DNA of 62,931 nucleotides from assembly GCA_030729445.1 (NCBI GenBank), contig JANQXJ010000187.1, positions 1-62,931 on the forward strand, in the 5' to 3' direction. Origin of the DNA: Limnohabitans sp. Its GTDB lineage: Bacteria; Pseudomonadota; Gammaproteobacteria; Burkholderiales; Burkholderiaceae_C. Every line of letters begins with the position of its first letter. Positions within the stretch are counted from its first letter, which is position 1. The position numbers were made by a program, and so were the translations under genes. Positions 45,342-55,450 of the stretch are shown here, piece after piece. A model generated the notes under the pieces. It was not told the origin of the DNA. It ran no database searches and was given only the letters and a program-made list of their open reading frames with translations.

Positions 45342-46943
45342 TTACTTTCGGAACATCGCCAGCATGCGCTGGGTAACAGCAAAGCCGCCAAACATATTGA
45401 TGGCCGTGAGCACCAAGGCCAAAGCGGCCAGGATGCCAATCAGCGTGTTGGGGCGGCCGGCTGCCGCCATGGGCGAAATCTGCACCAGCGCACCGATAGC
45501 GATGATGGAGCTGATCGCGTTGGTCACGCTCATGAGCGGGGTGTGCAGCGCGGGCTTGACGTTCCAGACCACCATGTAACCCACAAAGCAGGCCAACACA
45601 AACACCGTGAAGTGCGACAAGAAAGCAGCGGGGGCATACGCACCCACCAGCACCAGCAGCACGGCGGCGACCGCCGACACGATGAGCAACTGGCCCACCG
45701 GCATGGGGCCGGAGGGCTCGCCGTGGCCGTGGCCTTTTTTAGCAGCAGGCGCGGCGGCGGGCTTGGGGGCAGGCTTGGGGGCCACCACCAAAGGCGGGGC
45801 TGGCCAGGTGATTTGACCGTCCTTGATGACCGTCAGGCCCCGAATAGCGTCGTCTTCCATGTTGACGTTGATCACGCCGTCCTTGGTCTTGCACAACTCT
45901 TCCGTCAAGCGGAACAGGTTGGTGCCGTACAACGTGGACGACTGACGCGCCATGCGCGAAGCCAGATCGGTGTAACCCACGATGGTCACACCGTGCTTGA
46001 CCACGGCTTTGCCGGGTTCGGTCAGTTCGCAGTTGCCGCCTTGCTCGGCGGCCATGTCCACGATCACGCTGCCGGGCTTCATGCTTTGCACCATCTCGGC
46101 GGTGATCAGCTTGGGCGCTGGTTTTCCGGGGATCAACGCGGTGGTGATGATGATGTCGCACTCTTTGGCTTGCTTGGCGTACATCTCGCGCTGCGCAGCC
46201 TGGAAGCCTTCGCTCATGACCTTGGCGTAACCGCCGCCGCCCGAGCCTTCTTCTTCGTAATCCACCTTGACGAACTCACCACCCAGCGAGACCACCTGGT
46301 CGGCAACTTCGGCGCGGGTGTCGTTGGCGCGCACGATGGCACCTAGGCTGGCGGCCGCACCAATGGCGGCCAAACCGGCCACACCGGCACCGGCAATGAA
46401 CACTTTGGCGGGCGGCACTTTGCCTGCAGCCGTGATCTGGCCGTTGAAAAAGCGACCAAAGGCGTTGGCCGACTCGACCACCGCACGGTAGCCGCTGACA
46501 CCGGCCATCGAAGTCAAGGCGTCCATCTTCTGGGCGCGGCTCAATGTGCGGGGCAAGGCGTCAATGGAGAGCGCCGTGACTTTTTTAGCGGCCAACATCT
46601 GCATCAAGTCGGGGTTTTGGGCGGGCCACAAGAAGCCGATCAGCGTCTGGCCTTCGTGCATCAGCGCCACTTCGTCGGGTGTGGGGGCACGCACTTTAAA
46701 GACAATGTCGCTGCCGCTCCACAGCGCCGCCGCGCTCGGCGCAATCGTGGCGCCGGCTTCCACATAGGCCGCATCCGACAGGTCGGCGAGTTCGCCCGCG
46801 CCCTGCTCCACCACCACGGCAAAACCGAGTTTGACCAGCTTGGTCACCGCATCAGGGACTGAGGCTACCCGTTTTTCACCGGGGAAAATCTCTCGGGGTA
46901 CGCCAATGCGCTGAGGCTTGGGGGCGTGATCGCCTGTTTGCAT
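45342..46943 (-). CDS. pntA: NAD(P) transhydrogenase alpha subunit (unsplit)
   Basis: [39 protein letters not shown]; GAGGAG RBS. Confidence 0.96.
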   Translation of the reverse strand: MQTGDHAPKPQRIGVPREIFPGEKRVASVPDAVTKLVKLGFAVVVEQGAGELADLSDAAYVEAGATIAPSAAALWSGSDIVFKVRAPTPDEVALMHEGQTLIGFLWPAQNPDLMQMLAAKKVTALSIDALPRTLSRAQKMDALTSMAGVSGYRAVVESANAFGRFFNGQITAAGKVPPAKVFIAGAGVAGLAAIGAAASLGAIVRANDTRAEVADQVVSLGGEFVKVDYEEEGSGGGGYAKVMSEGFQAAQREMYAKQAKECDIIITTALIPGKPAPKLITAEMVQSMKPGSVIVDMAAEQGGNCELTEPGKAVVKHGVTIVGYTDLASRMARQSSTLYGTNLFRLTEELCKTKDGVINVNMEDDAIRGLTVIKDGQITWPAPPLVVAPKPAPKPAAAPAAKKGHGHGEPSGPMPVGQLLIVSAVAAVLLVLVGAYAPAAFLSHFTVFVLACFVGYMVVWNVKPALHTPLMSVTNAISSIIAIGALVQISPMAAAGRPNTLIGILAALALVLTAINMFGGFAVTQRMLAMFRK

Positions 46944-47175
46944 GAATGTCTCCTCACTCAATCCACAAAAAAAGTATGGCCAATTTGAAAGCTTAACCGA
47001 AGTCAACGAATACAGGCCCGGTGCAAGTCCTTCACGACATCGCCAAGAAAATTAAAAACCCAATAATATCAGCTATGACTAATATTAAAGGAGGACTTTC
47101 CCCGCTCAAGCACCTTTTTGGTGCCCTCGCAAGGCTCTTGATATTTCTTGCGTTTGTCACACCGATAATCTGGAC

Positions 47176-47670
47176 ATGGACAACCGCTGGAAACCCAACG
47201 TCACCGTGGCCGCCATCATCGAGCGTGATGGCCGCTACCTCTTGATCGAAGAGCACACCCAAGAGGGTTTGCGCCTGAACAACCCCGCAGGCCATCTCGA
47301 TCCGGGAGAGTCGCCCGAACAGGCCTGCGCCCGCGAAGCCCTGGAGGAAACAGCACAGCCCTTCACACCCACCGCCTTGGTGGGGATTTACCTCTCCCGC
47401 TTTCAGCGCCCGGCAACCGGCGAAGACATCACTTATGTGCGCATGGCTTTTTGCGGCGACGTCGGCGAGTTGCAGCCCCATCTGAGCCTGGACGAGGGCA
47501 TCGTGCGCACACTCTGGATGACCCCAGAGGAAGTGCGAGCAAGCGCTGAGCGCCACCGCAGCCCCCTGGTCTTGCGCTGCATCGAAGACCACCTGGCCGG
47601 ACAACGCTTTCCACTCGCGGTGATCCACACCGACCCGGCTGTGGCCAATTTGCCGCCCTTGTCGAGATGA
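47176..47670 (+). CDS. nudJ: NUDIX hydrolase, NudJ-like
   Basis: WKPNVTVAA, PAGHLDPGESPEQACAREALEET, RHRSPLV. Confidence 0.85.
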   Translation: MDNRWKPNVTVAAIIERDGRYLLIEEHTQEGLRLNNPAGHLDPGESPEQACAREALEETAQPFTPTALVGIYLSRFQRPATGEDITYVRMAFCGDVGELQPHLSLDEGIVRTLWMTPEEVRASAERHRSPLVLRCIEDHLAGQRFPLAVIHTDPAVANLPPLSR

Positions 47671-48428
47671 GCCCCGATCTGCCAAATGGCGCCCTGTGGC
47701 TGCTCACGGGCGCGGCTGCTTTCGCCGCGGGCGTGCTCAACGCCATCGCTGGGGGTGGCAGCTTCCTCACTTTTCCAGCCCTGGTGTTTGCCGGTGTGCC
47801 GCCCTTGGCCGCCAACGCCACCAGCGCCATGGCCGTCAGCCCAGGTTACCTGGGCAGTGTGCTGGGCTTTCGATCGGAACTGCAAACCCTGCCCCGCGCC
47901 CTGCTTCAACGGGAAGTGGCCATTGCTGCGGTGGGTGGCTTGATCGGCGCGGGCTTGCTTTTGGTCACCCCGGCAAGGGTGTTCTCCGGCTTGGTGCCTT
48001 GGTTGCTGCTGCTGGCGACAGCCTTGTTTGCGGCAGGCCCCTGGCTCGCACGGCGCAATTCAGGTCAGGGCCACCCTGCCTGGCGGCTGCCGGGCCTGAT
48101 GGGCGTGGCCATTTACGGCGGCTACTTCAACGGCGGCCTGGGTATTTTGTTGATGGCGCTGTACACCCTGACGGGTGAGAGCCGGCTGAACACGGTCAAC
48201 GCGCTGAAAAACCTCAACTCTTTTGTGCTTTCCCTCTTGTCGGTGGCCGCCTTTGCGGTGGCCGGGGCCATTGTCTGGCCGCAGGCGCTTTGGATGATGG
48301 CGCTGGCCACAGCGGGTGGCTGGGCCGGTGCGCGACTGGCCAAGCGCTTGCCCGTGCGTTGGGTGCGCTGGCTGGTGATCGGCACGGGTTTGGTGATGAG
48401 TGTGGTGTTTTTCACGCGAACGGGCTGA
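47667..48428 (+). CDS. Sulfite exporter TauE/SafE family membrane protein
   Basis: AGVLNAIAGGGSFLTFPAL, ANAT, YGGYFNGGLG, NALKN; ATGA overlap with nudJ. Confidence 0.88.
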   Translation: MSPDLPNGALWLLTGAAAFAAGVLNAIAGGGSFLTFPALVFAGVPPLAANATSAMAVSPGYLGSVLGFRSELQTLPRALLQREVAIAAVGGLIGAGLLLVTPARVFSGLVPWLLLLATALFAAGPWLARRNSGQGHPAWRLPGLMGVAIYGGYFNGGLGILLMALYTLTGESRLNTVNALKNLNSFVLSLLSVAAFAVAGAIVWPQALWMMALATAGGWAGARLAKRLPVRWVRWLVIGTGLVMSVVFFTRTG

Positions 48429-48448
48429 ACCCGTCCTGCACGCCCCAT

Positions 48449-49894
48449 TCAGCGGTTGGCAGCAGGTGCAGCCGAGTCTTCAAACAGGGCCGGGCCCCAG
48501 CCCAAATCTTTCGCCATCAACTGTGCCAAGCGCTGGTAACCGGGTACCGTGAAGTGGATCAGGTCCCGCGCCATCAAAGGCGGGTTTTGCCGGGCCCATC
48601 GGTACGCACTGCCCGCGCCCCCCATGGCCTCGAACATGCTCCAAGCATGGCAACCATGGGACTGCGCCACCTGCTTTTGAATGCGGCCAATCTCATCGTG
48701 GACCCGGGTAAAACGCAGCACATCGGGAACGGCTTTCTTTTTGGCTTGAGGTGAAGATTTGCCGCCTTTTTGGGATCGCCGCAACAACACGCCCCGGTCA
48801 CCCGGCGCCATCAGCAAGCAGGCCGTTTGCGGAAATACCGCTCGCCACTGGGAGACCGAGGCCTCCAGCATCTGCCGATAAGACTGGGCACTGAAAGGCT
48901 GGACATTGCCCTCGTTGGTGCCAAAAGCCAAGACCACCAAGTCATAAGGCGGCTCAGGCCACCATGGCGTCATTGACTCGGCCCGCACATGCCGCCAGCC
49001 GCCCACCGTGGCACCGGGATAAGCAAACACATCCATTTGCAATCGCACAGATGGGGCCACTGGCCACTCCAGACCCTGCAGGCGAAAAGGCCCTTGCACC
49101 ACCCGCAAAGCCAAGGTGGACATGGCCTCTTGGGCCGCCAACTCCAGCACGGCAGCCCCCTGTGGACCCTGCAAGTTGATAATTTGCTCGGGACCCGCGT
49201 CCACCCGCAGCGCCAGCAAAATGGGGCGCTCGGTCTGCTGGTGAAGCAGGCGCACGCGGGCATGCTCGGCACGACCGGCTGCGTTTCGCAGGTCCATCGA
49301 CAACCAAGCCCCGTCCTGGCGGCTGAGCATGTTGACCAAACCGGGGCCGGGGTGCGCCGCTCCAGCGCTTTGGGCATGGGCGGGCTCATACTGCCAATCG
49401 GGGCTCACGCAGGTTTTGCGAAGGGGCAAACGAACGCCGGCACGCCCCAGACTGGCCGGCACAAATTGCGCACGCATTTGTTCAGGTGCAAGAGCCGACA
49501 AGCGCTGCAACTCCTGCGTGAAAAACCCTGCGGCCAAGTGGCTATCGCCCCAAATGCCCACGCGTAAAACCGACGCATTCGCGCGAGACCACAAAGACGC
49601 GTCGGCAGGGCCTGTCAAGGCGCCGGGCTCAGCCCTTGGGGAGTCGGGCTTGGACAAGGCCGTCACCTGCTGGTCAACCTCGGTCTGATCAGGCCATTCG
49701 ACCGGGTCGGGATCGATGGCTCGAGGGGGCTTACTTGCAGGGGCAGCTAAACCACATTTCAAATCCGGCACATCGGGCTGAGCCTGCACCTGCATTAAGG
49801 TGATCGGCGCTGAGCCGGCTTGAGCCTGGGCTGGGGCACAACAACAGGCCAAGACCCCACAAAAAAACATGTGCCTAGGGGACATCCAGTTCAT
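48449..49894 (-). CDS. Exported SGNH/GDSL hydrolase, Ape1-like (putative O-acetyl esterase)
   Basis: Signal-peptide-like N-terminus ending AQA; WGDSH, AFGTNEG, DLIHFTVPGY; ATGA overlap with upstream gene. Confidence 0.8.
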   Translation of the reverse strand: MNWMSPRHMFFCGVLACCCAPAQAQAGSAPITLMQVQAQPDVPDLKCGLAAPASKPPRAIDPDPVEWPDQTEVDQQVTALSKPDSPRAEPGALTGPADASLWSRANASVLRVGIWGDSHLAAGFFTQELQRLSALAPEQMRAQFVPASLGRAGVRLPLRKTCVSPDWQYEPAHAQSAGAAHPGPGLVNMLSRQDGAWLSMDLRNAAGRAEHARVRLLHQQTERPILLALRVDAGPEQIINLQGPQGAAVLELAAQEAMSTLALRVVQGPFRLQGLEWPVAPSVRLQMDVFAYPGATVGGWRHVRAESMTPWWPEPPYDLVVLAFGTNEGNVQPFSAQSYRQMLEASVSQWRAVFPQTACLLMAPGDRGVLLRRSQKGGKSSPQAKKKAVPDVLRFTRVHDEIGRIQKQVAQSHGCHAWSMFEAMGGAGSAYRWARQNPPLMARDLIHFTVPGYQRLAQLMAKDLGWGPALFEDSAAPAANR

Positions 49895-50883
49895 GGCTGC
49901 TGGGCCTTCGCAATGTGGTCCAGCAAAGCTTGGTTGATCATCCTCAGGCCTGAAGGTGCCAGGTGAATGCCATCGTTGGCACGCAGATTCACCCGTTGCC
50001 CATCTTCTTTGAGTTTGAATTTTTGGTAGGGCTTTGACAAAGCGCCAATCAAAGGCTCCGTGGCCAGGTAATCCGTCCCCCATTGCGCGGCCCGCTCATG
50101 AAAGATGTGGTTTTGCAGGACCGCACCATCCCGTATCCGACCTTCCTTCATAACGGGTAAACCCACCCAGATCACACGCACCTTGCGCTGCACGGCGGCA
50201 GACAGCACCTCGTCCACTCGCAATGCGTAATTCAAAGCCCAGCCAGGTGATGGAAACAAATGTCGACGCCCGTCGGCCAACATGTCCCAAGGGTCATTGG
50301 GGCCCAAAAAAATCACCACCAGGGTCAGATTTTGAGCATCCATTTCGTCGACCATGCGCACGGGCCAGTCGAAGTGTCGACGCACGGTCAGACCCGTACT
50401 TTGGCGGCTCAAGTCCTGCACTTGCCAATCGGGGTGCAAGCGCATGATGTCGCGCATAAACAAGGGGGCAATGCCCTGCATCATCGAGTCCCCGGCCAGC
50501 AAAATACGCTGTGGACCAGGGGCCAACTTTTGCTGCGCCAATGTGGCCAGAAACTCCCCAGGTGGCAAGGGTGAGGGCAGATCCTTCAGCTGCGGGGCCT
50601 CGGGCGTGCGCTGGGGAGGCGCTTGGACCTCTTGCACGTCCGTCGAGGATGGCCAATTCAAACGGAACAATGGCCGGGCGCCACCCGAGCGGACGCGCTC
50701 ATCCAGCCAGCGTGCAGGCGCAAACAAGGCATCAGCCACAGCTGGTGGCAAGGCCGCCTCCAGACTGAAATGGTAACGAGCACCAAGGTACTTTTCGAGG
50801 GAGGTCAACCAACTTACACAGACCAGCAAGGCCATGCCCGGCAATAGCCAGCTGAGTTGACGTGCAGACAGGTAACGGCGCAT
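49891..50883 (-). CDS. DUF459 / PatB-like SGNH protein (putative periplasmic O-acetyltransferase)
   Basis: N-terminal TM; AGDSMMQG, SRQSTGL...FDWP, FLGPNDPWD, RANDGIH; starts 1 nt after the MBOAT stop. Confidence 0.82.
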   Translation of the reverse strand: MRRYLSARQLSWLLPGMALLVCVSWLTSLEKYLGARYHFSLEAALPPAVADALFAPARWLDERVRSGGARPLFRLNWPSSTDVQEVQAPPQRTPEAPQLKDLPSPLPPGEFLATLAQQKLAPGPQRILLAGDSMMQGIAPLFMRDIMRLHPDWQVQDLSRQSTGLTVRRHFDWPVRMVDEMDAQNLTLVVIFLGPNDPWDMLADGRRHLFPSPGWALNYALRVDEVLSAAVQRKVRVIWVGLPVMKEGRIRDGAVLQNHIFHERAAQWGTDYLATEPLIGALSKPYQKFKLKEDGQRVNLRANDGIHLAPSGLRMINQALLDHIAKAQQP

Positions 50884-50884
50884 A

Positions 50885-52297
50885 TCAAAAACGGTAATAA
50901 ATGAAACTGGGCACACCCTCAGGGGCCCCGTAGAGCAACACACACCACAGCAATACCAACACGATACCGCCCGCCACTGGCCCCAAACGTGCCAGCGATG
51001 CCACACTTCGTCGCTGCCACCACAAGGCCCATGGGCTCAAGCCCAAAACCAAAGTCGCAATGCCCAACAAGGTCCACCAAGGCATTTGCTCAGCTTGCCA
51101 AAAACCAGCCGGACTGTGCCACAAACCTTGCAACATGAGCAGCGCCTGGGGCACCGAATCGGCCCTGAAAAACACCCAGGCCACAGTGACAAAAACAAAG
51201 GTCAGAATTTGTGCGGCCCAACGCGGCCAAGCCGGCATGCCCCAACGCTTGGCCGTGTTTTGAACCACCACGCCCAAACCGTGCAACAAACCCCACACCA
51301 CAAAAGTCCAATTGGCACCGTGCCACAAACCACTGATCAGCATGCCTGTCAACACATTGAGCTGCGTTCGGCCCCAGCCCAATCGGTTTCCCCCCATGGG
51401 GATGTAAATGTAATCACGGATGAAACTCGACAAGGACACATGCCAACGTGTCCAGAAATCGGACAGATTACGGGCCAAATACGGCTGGCGAAAATTGACC
51501 GGTAAACGGTATCCCAGCAACAAAGCCAAGCCCGTCACGACCAGGGTGTAGCCTGCAAAATCCAGAAAAATCTGCAAGCTGTAGCCCAGCATGGCCGCTG
51601 CCAACGAGACACTCGCGTATTGGTCCGGATACTTGTAAACCGGATCCACCACCTGCGCTGACAACCAGGACGCCAACACCACCTTTTGCAACAAACCCAA
51701 AGTGATCATGTACAAGGCCAACCAAGCTTGGCGAGGACGCCCCACGCACCGGGCAGGGTCCGACGCGTCGGTCTGGGCAAAAAAATGTTCCGCACGCCAA
51801 ATGGGTCCTGCAAACAAGGTCGGCCAAAAGCTCAGGAACAACAGCACATTCGGCCAAGAGCGGGCCAAAGCGGGTGTACGCCCCACCATGACCAGGTAGC
51901 TCACCGCCTGAAAGGTAAAAAACGACACGCCCACTGGGGCCACCCAATCGGCCACAGGCAACAAGGACACAAAGCCTGTGAGCTGCAACAGGGTCTGAAA
52001 GGTCTCCCGGGCAAACTCATAATATTTGAGGAAAACCAGAAAAGAACCGGCCAGCCACAGGCCCAGTACCCAAGGCAAACGGCCAGCCCCAGCCCGCTGC
52101 ATCCAGCGGCCCAAAGCCCAAATCACCGTGCTGTAAGCCAACAAAACCCATGCAAAAACGGGTACCCAGGTGGCGTACAAGCCATAAGCTGAGGCGATAA
52201 GCAAAATGCGCTGCGCACGAGGGTTCTCCGCCAAAGACCAGTAAATCGGCAAAAAAACCAAAAATAGCAGTGCGAACTCGGGCGAGACAAAACTCAT
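50885..52297 (-). CDS. MBOAT family O-acyltransferase (AlgI/PatA/DltB type)
   Basis: PVGVSFFTFQ, FLDFAGY, NFRQPY, FWTRWHVSLS, SGLWHGA; C-terminal FIYYRF. Confidence 0.93.
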   Translation of the reverse strand: MSFVSPEFALLFLVFLPIYWSLAENPRAQRILLIASAYGLYATWVPVFAWVLLAYSTVIWALGRWMQRAGAGRLPWVLGLWLAGSFLVFLKYYEFARETFQTLLQLTGFVSLLPVADWVAPVGVSFFTFQAVSYLVMVGRTPALARSWPNVLLFLSFWPTLFAGPIWRAEHFFAQTDASDPARCVGRPRQAWLALYMITLGLLQKVVLASWLSAQVVDPVYKYPDQYASVSLAAAMLGYSLQIFLDFAGYTLVVTGLALLLGYRLPVNFRQPYLARNLSDFWTRWHVSLSSFIRDYIYIPMGGNRLGWGRTQLNVLTGMLISGLWHGANWTFVVWGLLHGLGVVVQNTAKRWGMPAWPRWAAQILTFVFVTVAWVFFRADSVPQALLMLQGLWHSPAGFWQAEQMPWWTLLGIATLVLGLSPWALWWQRRSVASLARLGPVAGGIVLVLLWCVLLYGAPEGVPSFIYYRF

Positions 52298-52307
52298 GCA
52301 AGACCGT

Positions 52308-53036
52308 TCACTGGGTGGGCACCTTCAGACCTGCGGCCACCTGATCGAGCAGCAACTGCTCCGATTGGACCTTGGCCAAATAACCGCCATCTTCCGTCAG
52401 TCCATAGCCGCCCAAGTAGAACTTGAGGCCGCCTTCGACCGAGCCATCACGCAGCTTGATGGCATCGGCCAAAACACTGGCACCCACACGCAAATTGGAG
52501 ATCGGGTCAAAAGCCGCCAGCTTGCCCCCGTAGATTTCATACCGGTGAGCGTGGATCCCGGTCATGACCTGCATCAGGCCTTGAGCCCCTGCATGGCTTT
52601 GGACATAAGGGTGAAAGTTGGATTCAATGGCCATCACCGCCAAAATCAAATGGGGTGCGAGTTTGTATTTTTTACCCAACACATGGGCTTCGGCCACCAA
52701 TGCAGCCAGGGGTTCAGGGGCCACTTTGTACTTTTGCCCCAACCAGACCGCAACAGCCGCCTGCTGCGCGGGCAGATCTTCCAAATGCACCGCTGTTGCC
52801 CGCTCGGCGGTATTTTCTGGCAGCCAAGACAACAACACCTGACGCTCACGCAACCAATCGACCAGCGCACCCTCCACCTGGTTCAACCATTGGGGCTGCC
52901 ACCACAAGGCCACAACGATGGCGGCCACACCCAAACCCACCATGGCCAAGCCACTGTGGGTCACGATGAACAGGCCTCGCGCGGTGTCGCGCAGGAAAGT
53001 TCGGATGGGGGGGCACCATGTGCAATGCAAGATCAT
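52308..53036 (-). CDS. Membrane-anchored SLT-domain lytic transglycosylase
   Basis: AVMAIESNF (catalytic Glu), GAQGLMQV, DPISNLRVGA; N-terminal TM; start approximate. Confidence 0.88.
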   Translation of the reverse strand: MILHCTWCPPIRTFLRDTARGLFIVTHSGLAMVGLGVAAIVVALWWQPQWLNQVEGALVDWLRERQVLLSWLPENTAERATAVHLEDLPAQQAAVAVWLGQKYKVAPEPLAALVAEAHVLGKKYKLAPHLILAVMAIESNFHPYVQSHAGAQGLMQVMTGIHAHRYEIYGGKLAAFDPISNLRVGASVLADAIKLRDGSVEGGLKFYLGGYGLTEDGGYLAKVQSEQLLLDQVAAGLKVPTQ

Positions 53037-53054
53037 TTGGAAGAACCAGCGGGC

Positions 53055-53060
53055 ATTATA
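53055..53060 (-). promoter_or_regulatory. Candidate -10 box for the SLT-MBOAT-SGNH operon
   Basis: Perfect TATAAT on the minus strand, 18 nt before the SLT start codon. Confidence 0.5.
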
Positions 53061-53109
53061 AATTTTCGCCAGCAGCTAACCAAGGCCTCGCCCACAGGAT
53101 AATTCGGGC

Positions 53110-54282
53110 ATGTCTCATCTAGCACGCGTGGTCGTCGGCTTGTCCGGCGGCGTCGATTCAGCCGTCACCGCCCATCTGCTCAAACAGCAAGGGCATGAGG
53201 TCATTGGCATCTTCATGAAGAACTGGGAAGACGACGATGACAGCGAATACTGCTCCTCCAACATTGACTTTGTAGATGCCGCTGCCGTGGCCGATGTGCT
53301 GGGTATCGAGATTGAGCATGTCAATTTTGCGGCCGATTACAAAGACCGGGTTTTTTCGGAATTTGTGCGCGAATACCAAGCCGGGCGCACACCCAACCCG
53401 GACATCCTGTGCAATGCCGAGATCAAGTTCAAGTCGTTTTTGGACCATGCGATGCGGGTGGGGGCAGAAAAAATCGCCACGGGCCACTATGCCCGGGTGC
53501 GGCAAAACGCCGCCAGCGGTCTATTTGAGTTGCTCAAAGGCCTAGACCCCAGCAAAGACCAAAGCTATTTTTTACACCGCCTGAATCAGGCGCAGCTGTC
53601 CAAAACCCTGTTTCCGGTGGGTGAGTTGCACAAAACCGAAGTGCGCCGCATGGCCGAAGAGATTGGACTGCCCAACGCCAAAAAGAAAGACTCGACCGGC
53701 ATTTGTTTCATTGGCGAGCGGCCGTTTCGCGAGTTTTTGAACCGCTACATCTCCAAAGAACCCGGTCCGATCAAAGACCCCACAGGCCGCACCATTGGCC
53801 GACATGTGGGTCTGAGTTTTTACACCTTAGGCCAGCGCCAAGGGTTGGGCATTGGTGGGCTCAAGGCCAAAGGCGCAGAAATGAAGGCGTTGCAAGCCCA
53901 AGGTTTGCGGGGCGCGGGTGAACACACCCCTTGGTTTGTGGCCCGCAAAGACATCCCCAACAACACCTTGTGGGTGGTTCAAGGCCATGACCACCCCTGG
54001 CTGTTGTCGCCCCAGTTGCAAGCCACCGATGTGAGCTGGTGCGCGGGCCAGGCTCCTACGCCAGGCGCATATGCGGCCAAAACGCGTTACCGCCAGGTCG
54101 ATGCGCCATGCAGCTTGCAAGGGCTTGGCATGCCCGATGGGGCAGCGGGGTTTGAGCTGTCGTTCAGCGAGCACCAATGGGCAGTGACCCCTGGCCAGAG
54201 CGCAGTGCTGTACGACGGCGAAGTGTGTTTGGGCGGCGGCGTGATCCAGTCGGCCAGCGCCTGCCCCCCAACAACGGACTGA
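53110..54282 (+). CDS. mnmA: tRNA 2-thiouridine(34) synthase MnmA
   Basis: [42 protein letters not shown]. Confidence 0.97.
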   Translation: MSHLARVVVGLSGGVDSAVTAHLLKQQGHEVIGIFMKNWEDDDDSEYCSSNIDFVDAAAVADVLGIEIEHVNFAADYKDRVFSEFVREYQAGRTPNPDILCNAEIKFKSFLDHAMRVGAEKIATGHYARVRQNAASGLFELLKGLDPSKDQSYFLHRLNQAQLSKTLFPVGELHKTEVRRMAEEIGLPNAKKKDSTGICFIGERPFREFLNRYISKEPGPIKDPTGRTIGRHVGLSFYTLGQRQGLGIGGLKAKGAEMKALQAQGLRGAGEHTPWFVARKDIPNNTLWVVQGHDHPWLLSPQLQATDVSWCAGQAPTPGAYAAKTRYRQVDAPCSLQGLGMPDGAAGFELSFSEHQWAVTPGQSAVLYDGEVCLGGGVIQSASACPPTTD

Positions 54283-54283
54283 C

Positions 54284-55450
54284 TTACTCGCCGCCCAAAC
54301 CCAAGCGGTTGGGTTGGCGCTTTTCGATGGCAAAGCGCAGCAAAGCGGCTGTGCGGAAAACACCATGCGCAAACTTGCCGTAGGGCAGCGTCAAGAACAA
54401 AGCCATCACCGCCCCCAAGTGCACCGCCAACATCAAAGGCATGGCCGCTGTTTGGCCCAACAACCACAGGAGCAAACCCGTCACGCTGACCAAGAACAAC
54501 AAGGCGATGAAGCCACGGTCCATGGGCTTTTGCGCCGCGTCGCCGTGGTCTGGGTGGCGGCGCAGGTTCAAGCGCCACAAACCGGCCGTGCCCACCGTCA
54601 AGCTGACACCTCCAATGACACCCAGCAGCTTGGGCAAGGTCGTTAAATCGTAAGGTGCAGGCCAGCCCAGCACATAGTGGTAGAGCGTGGCCACGCTGGT
54701 GGCGGCAAAACACAGCATGAAACCGTAAAACGTCAGGTGGTGGTAGCGCCTGCGGGCGTGCGTCCAGGCGTCGTCTTCGTTGTGGCAGCCTTCTCCGTGA
54801 CCACCGTCCAGGTACTTCAATTTCAGCGCAGCGTGAGCGGCCTCAGCTGCCGCAGGGGGCGTCAAATCGGCCCCACTGGTGGCAGGCGTCACGTCACGCC
54901 AAAAGCACCGAACACCCAGAGCCAGCGCCAGCACCGCAAACAAGAAGATGGGCGCAAACAGACTGACCATCAGGTTATGTGGGAACACCGCGTAAAAGCC
55001 CCCGGCCACAGGGGTTGACCACAGCGTGCCCTGGCGCAGCATGGCCAGCGCCAAAAACAACGCCAATCCAAACGCCAAAGCCACAGACAAGGTCAGGCCG
55101 TTGCGTTGGTACAAGATGCCCAAAGCGGGCGGCCAGGCGTAATCGGCGTAGGTCTGTCCACGCACCTGGGCCATGGCCTTGGGCACGTTGATGGCAAAGT
55201 CGTGTGGCGGCGCGTACTGGCAAGCATGCAAACACGCACCGCAGTTGTGGCACAGGTTGGCCATGTAATGGATGTCGGCTTTGCCAAACTCCAAGCGCCG
55301 GGTCATGGCCGGGAACACCGCACAAAAGCCTTCGCAATAGCGGCAGCCATTGCAAATGTGCATCTGCCGCGCCACTTCGGCCTCGGGTGCAGTCAGCTCG
55401 CCACGCGCCAGCGCACGGGCATCGCGCGTCAGGGCTTCAAGCGTTTGCAT
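54284..55450 (-). CDS. tcuB: Tricarballylate utilization 4Fe-4S membrane protein TcuB
   Basis: [28 protein letters not shown] helices, PYGKFAH; start MQTLEAL overlaps the end of tcuA. Confidence 0.92.
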   Translation of the reverse strand: MQTLEALTRDARALARGELTAPEAEVARQMHICNGCRYCEGFCAVFPAMTRRLEFGKADIHYMANLCHNCGACLHACQYAPPHDFAINVPKAMAQVRGQTYADYAWPPALGILYQRNGLTLSVALAFGLALFLALAMLRQGTLWSTPVAGGFYAVFPHNLMVSLFAPIFLFAVLALALGVRCFWRDVTPATSGADLTPPAAAEAAHAALKLKYLDGGHGEGCHNEDDAWTHARRRYHHLTFYGFMLCFAATSVATLYHYVLGWPAPYDLTTLPKLLGVIGGVSLTVGTAGLWRLNLRRHPDHGDAAQKPMDRGFIALLFLVSVTGLLLWLLGQTAAMPLMLAVHLGAVMALFLTLPYGKFAHGVFRTAALLRFAIEKRQPNRLGLGGE

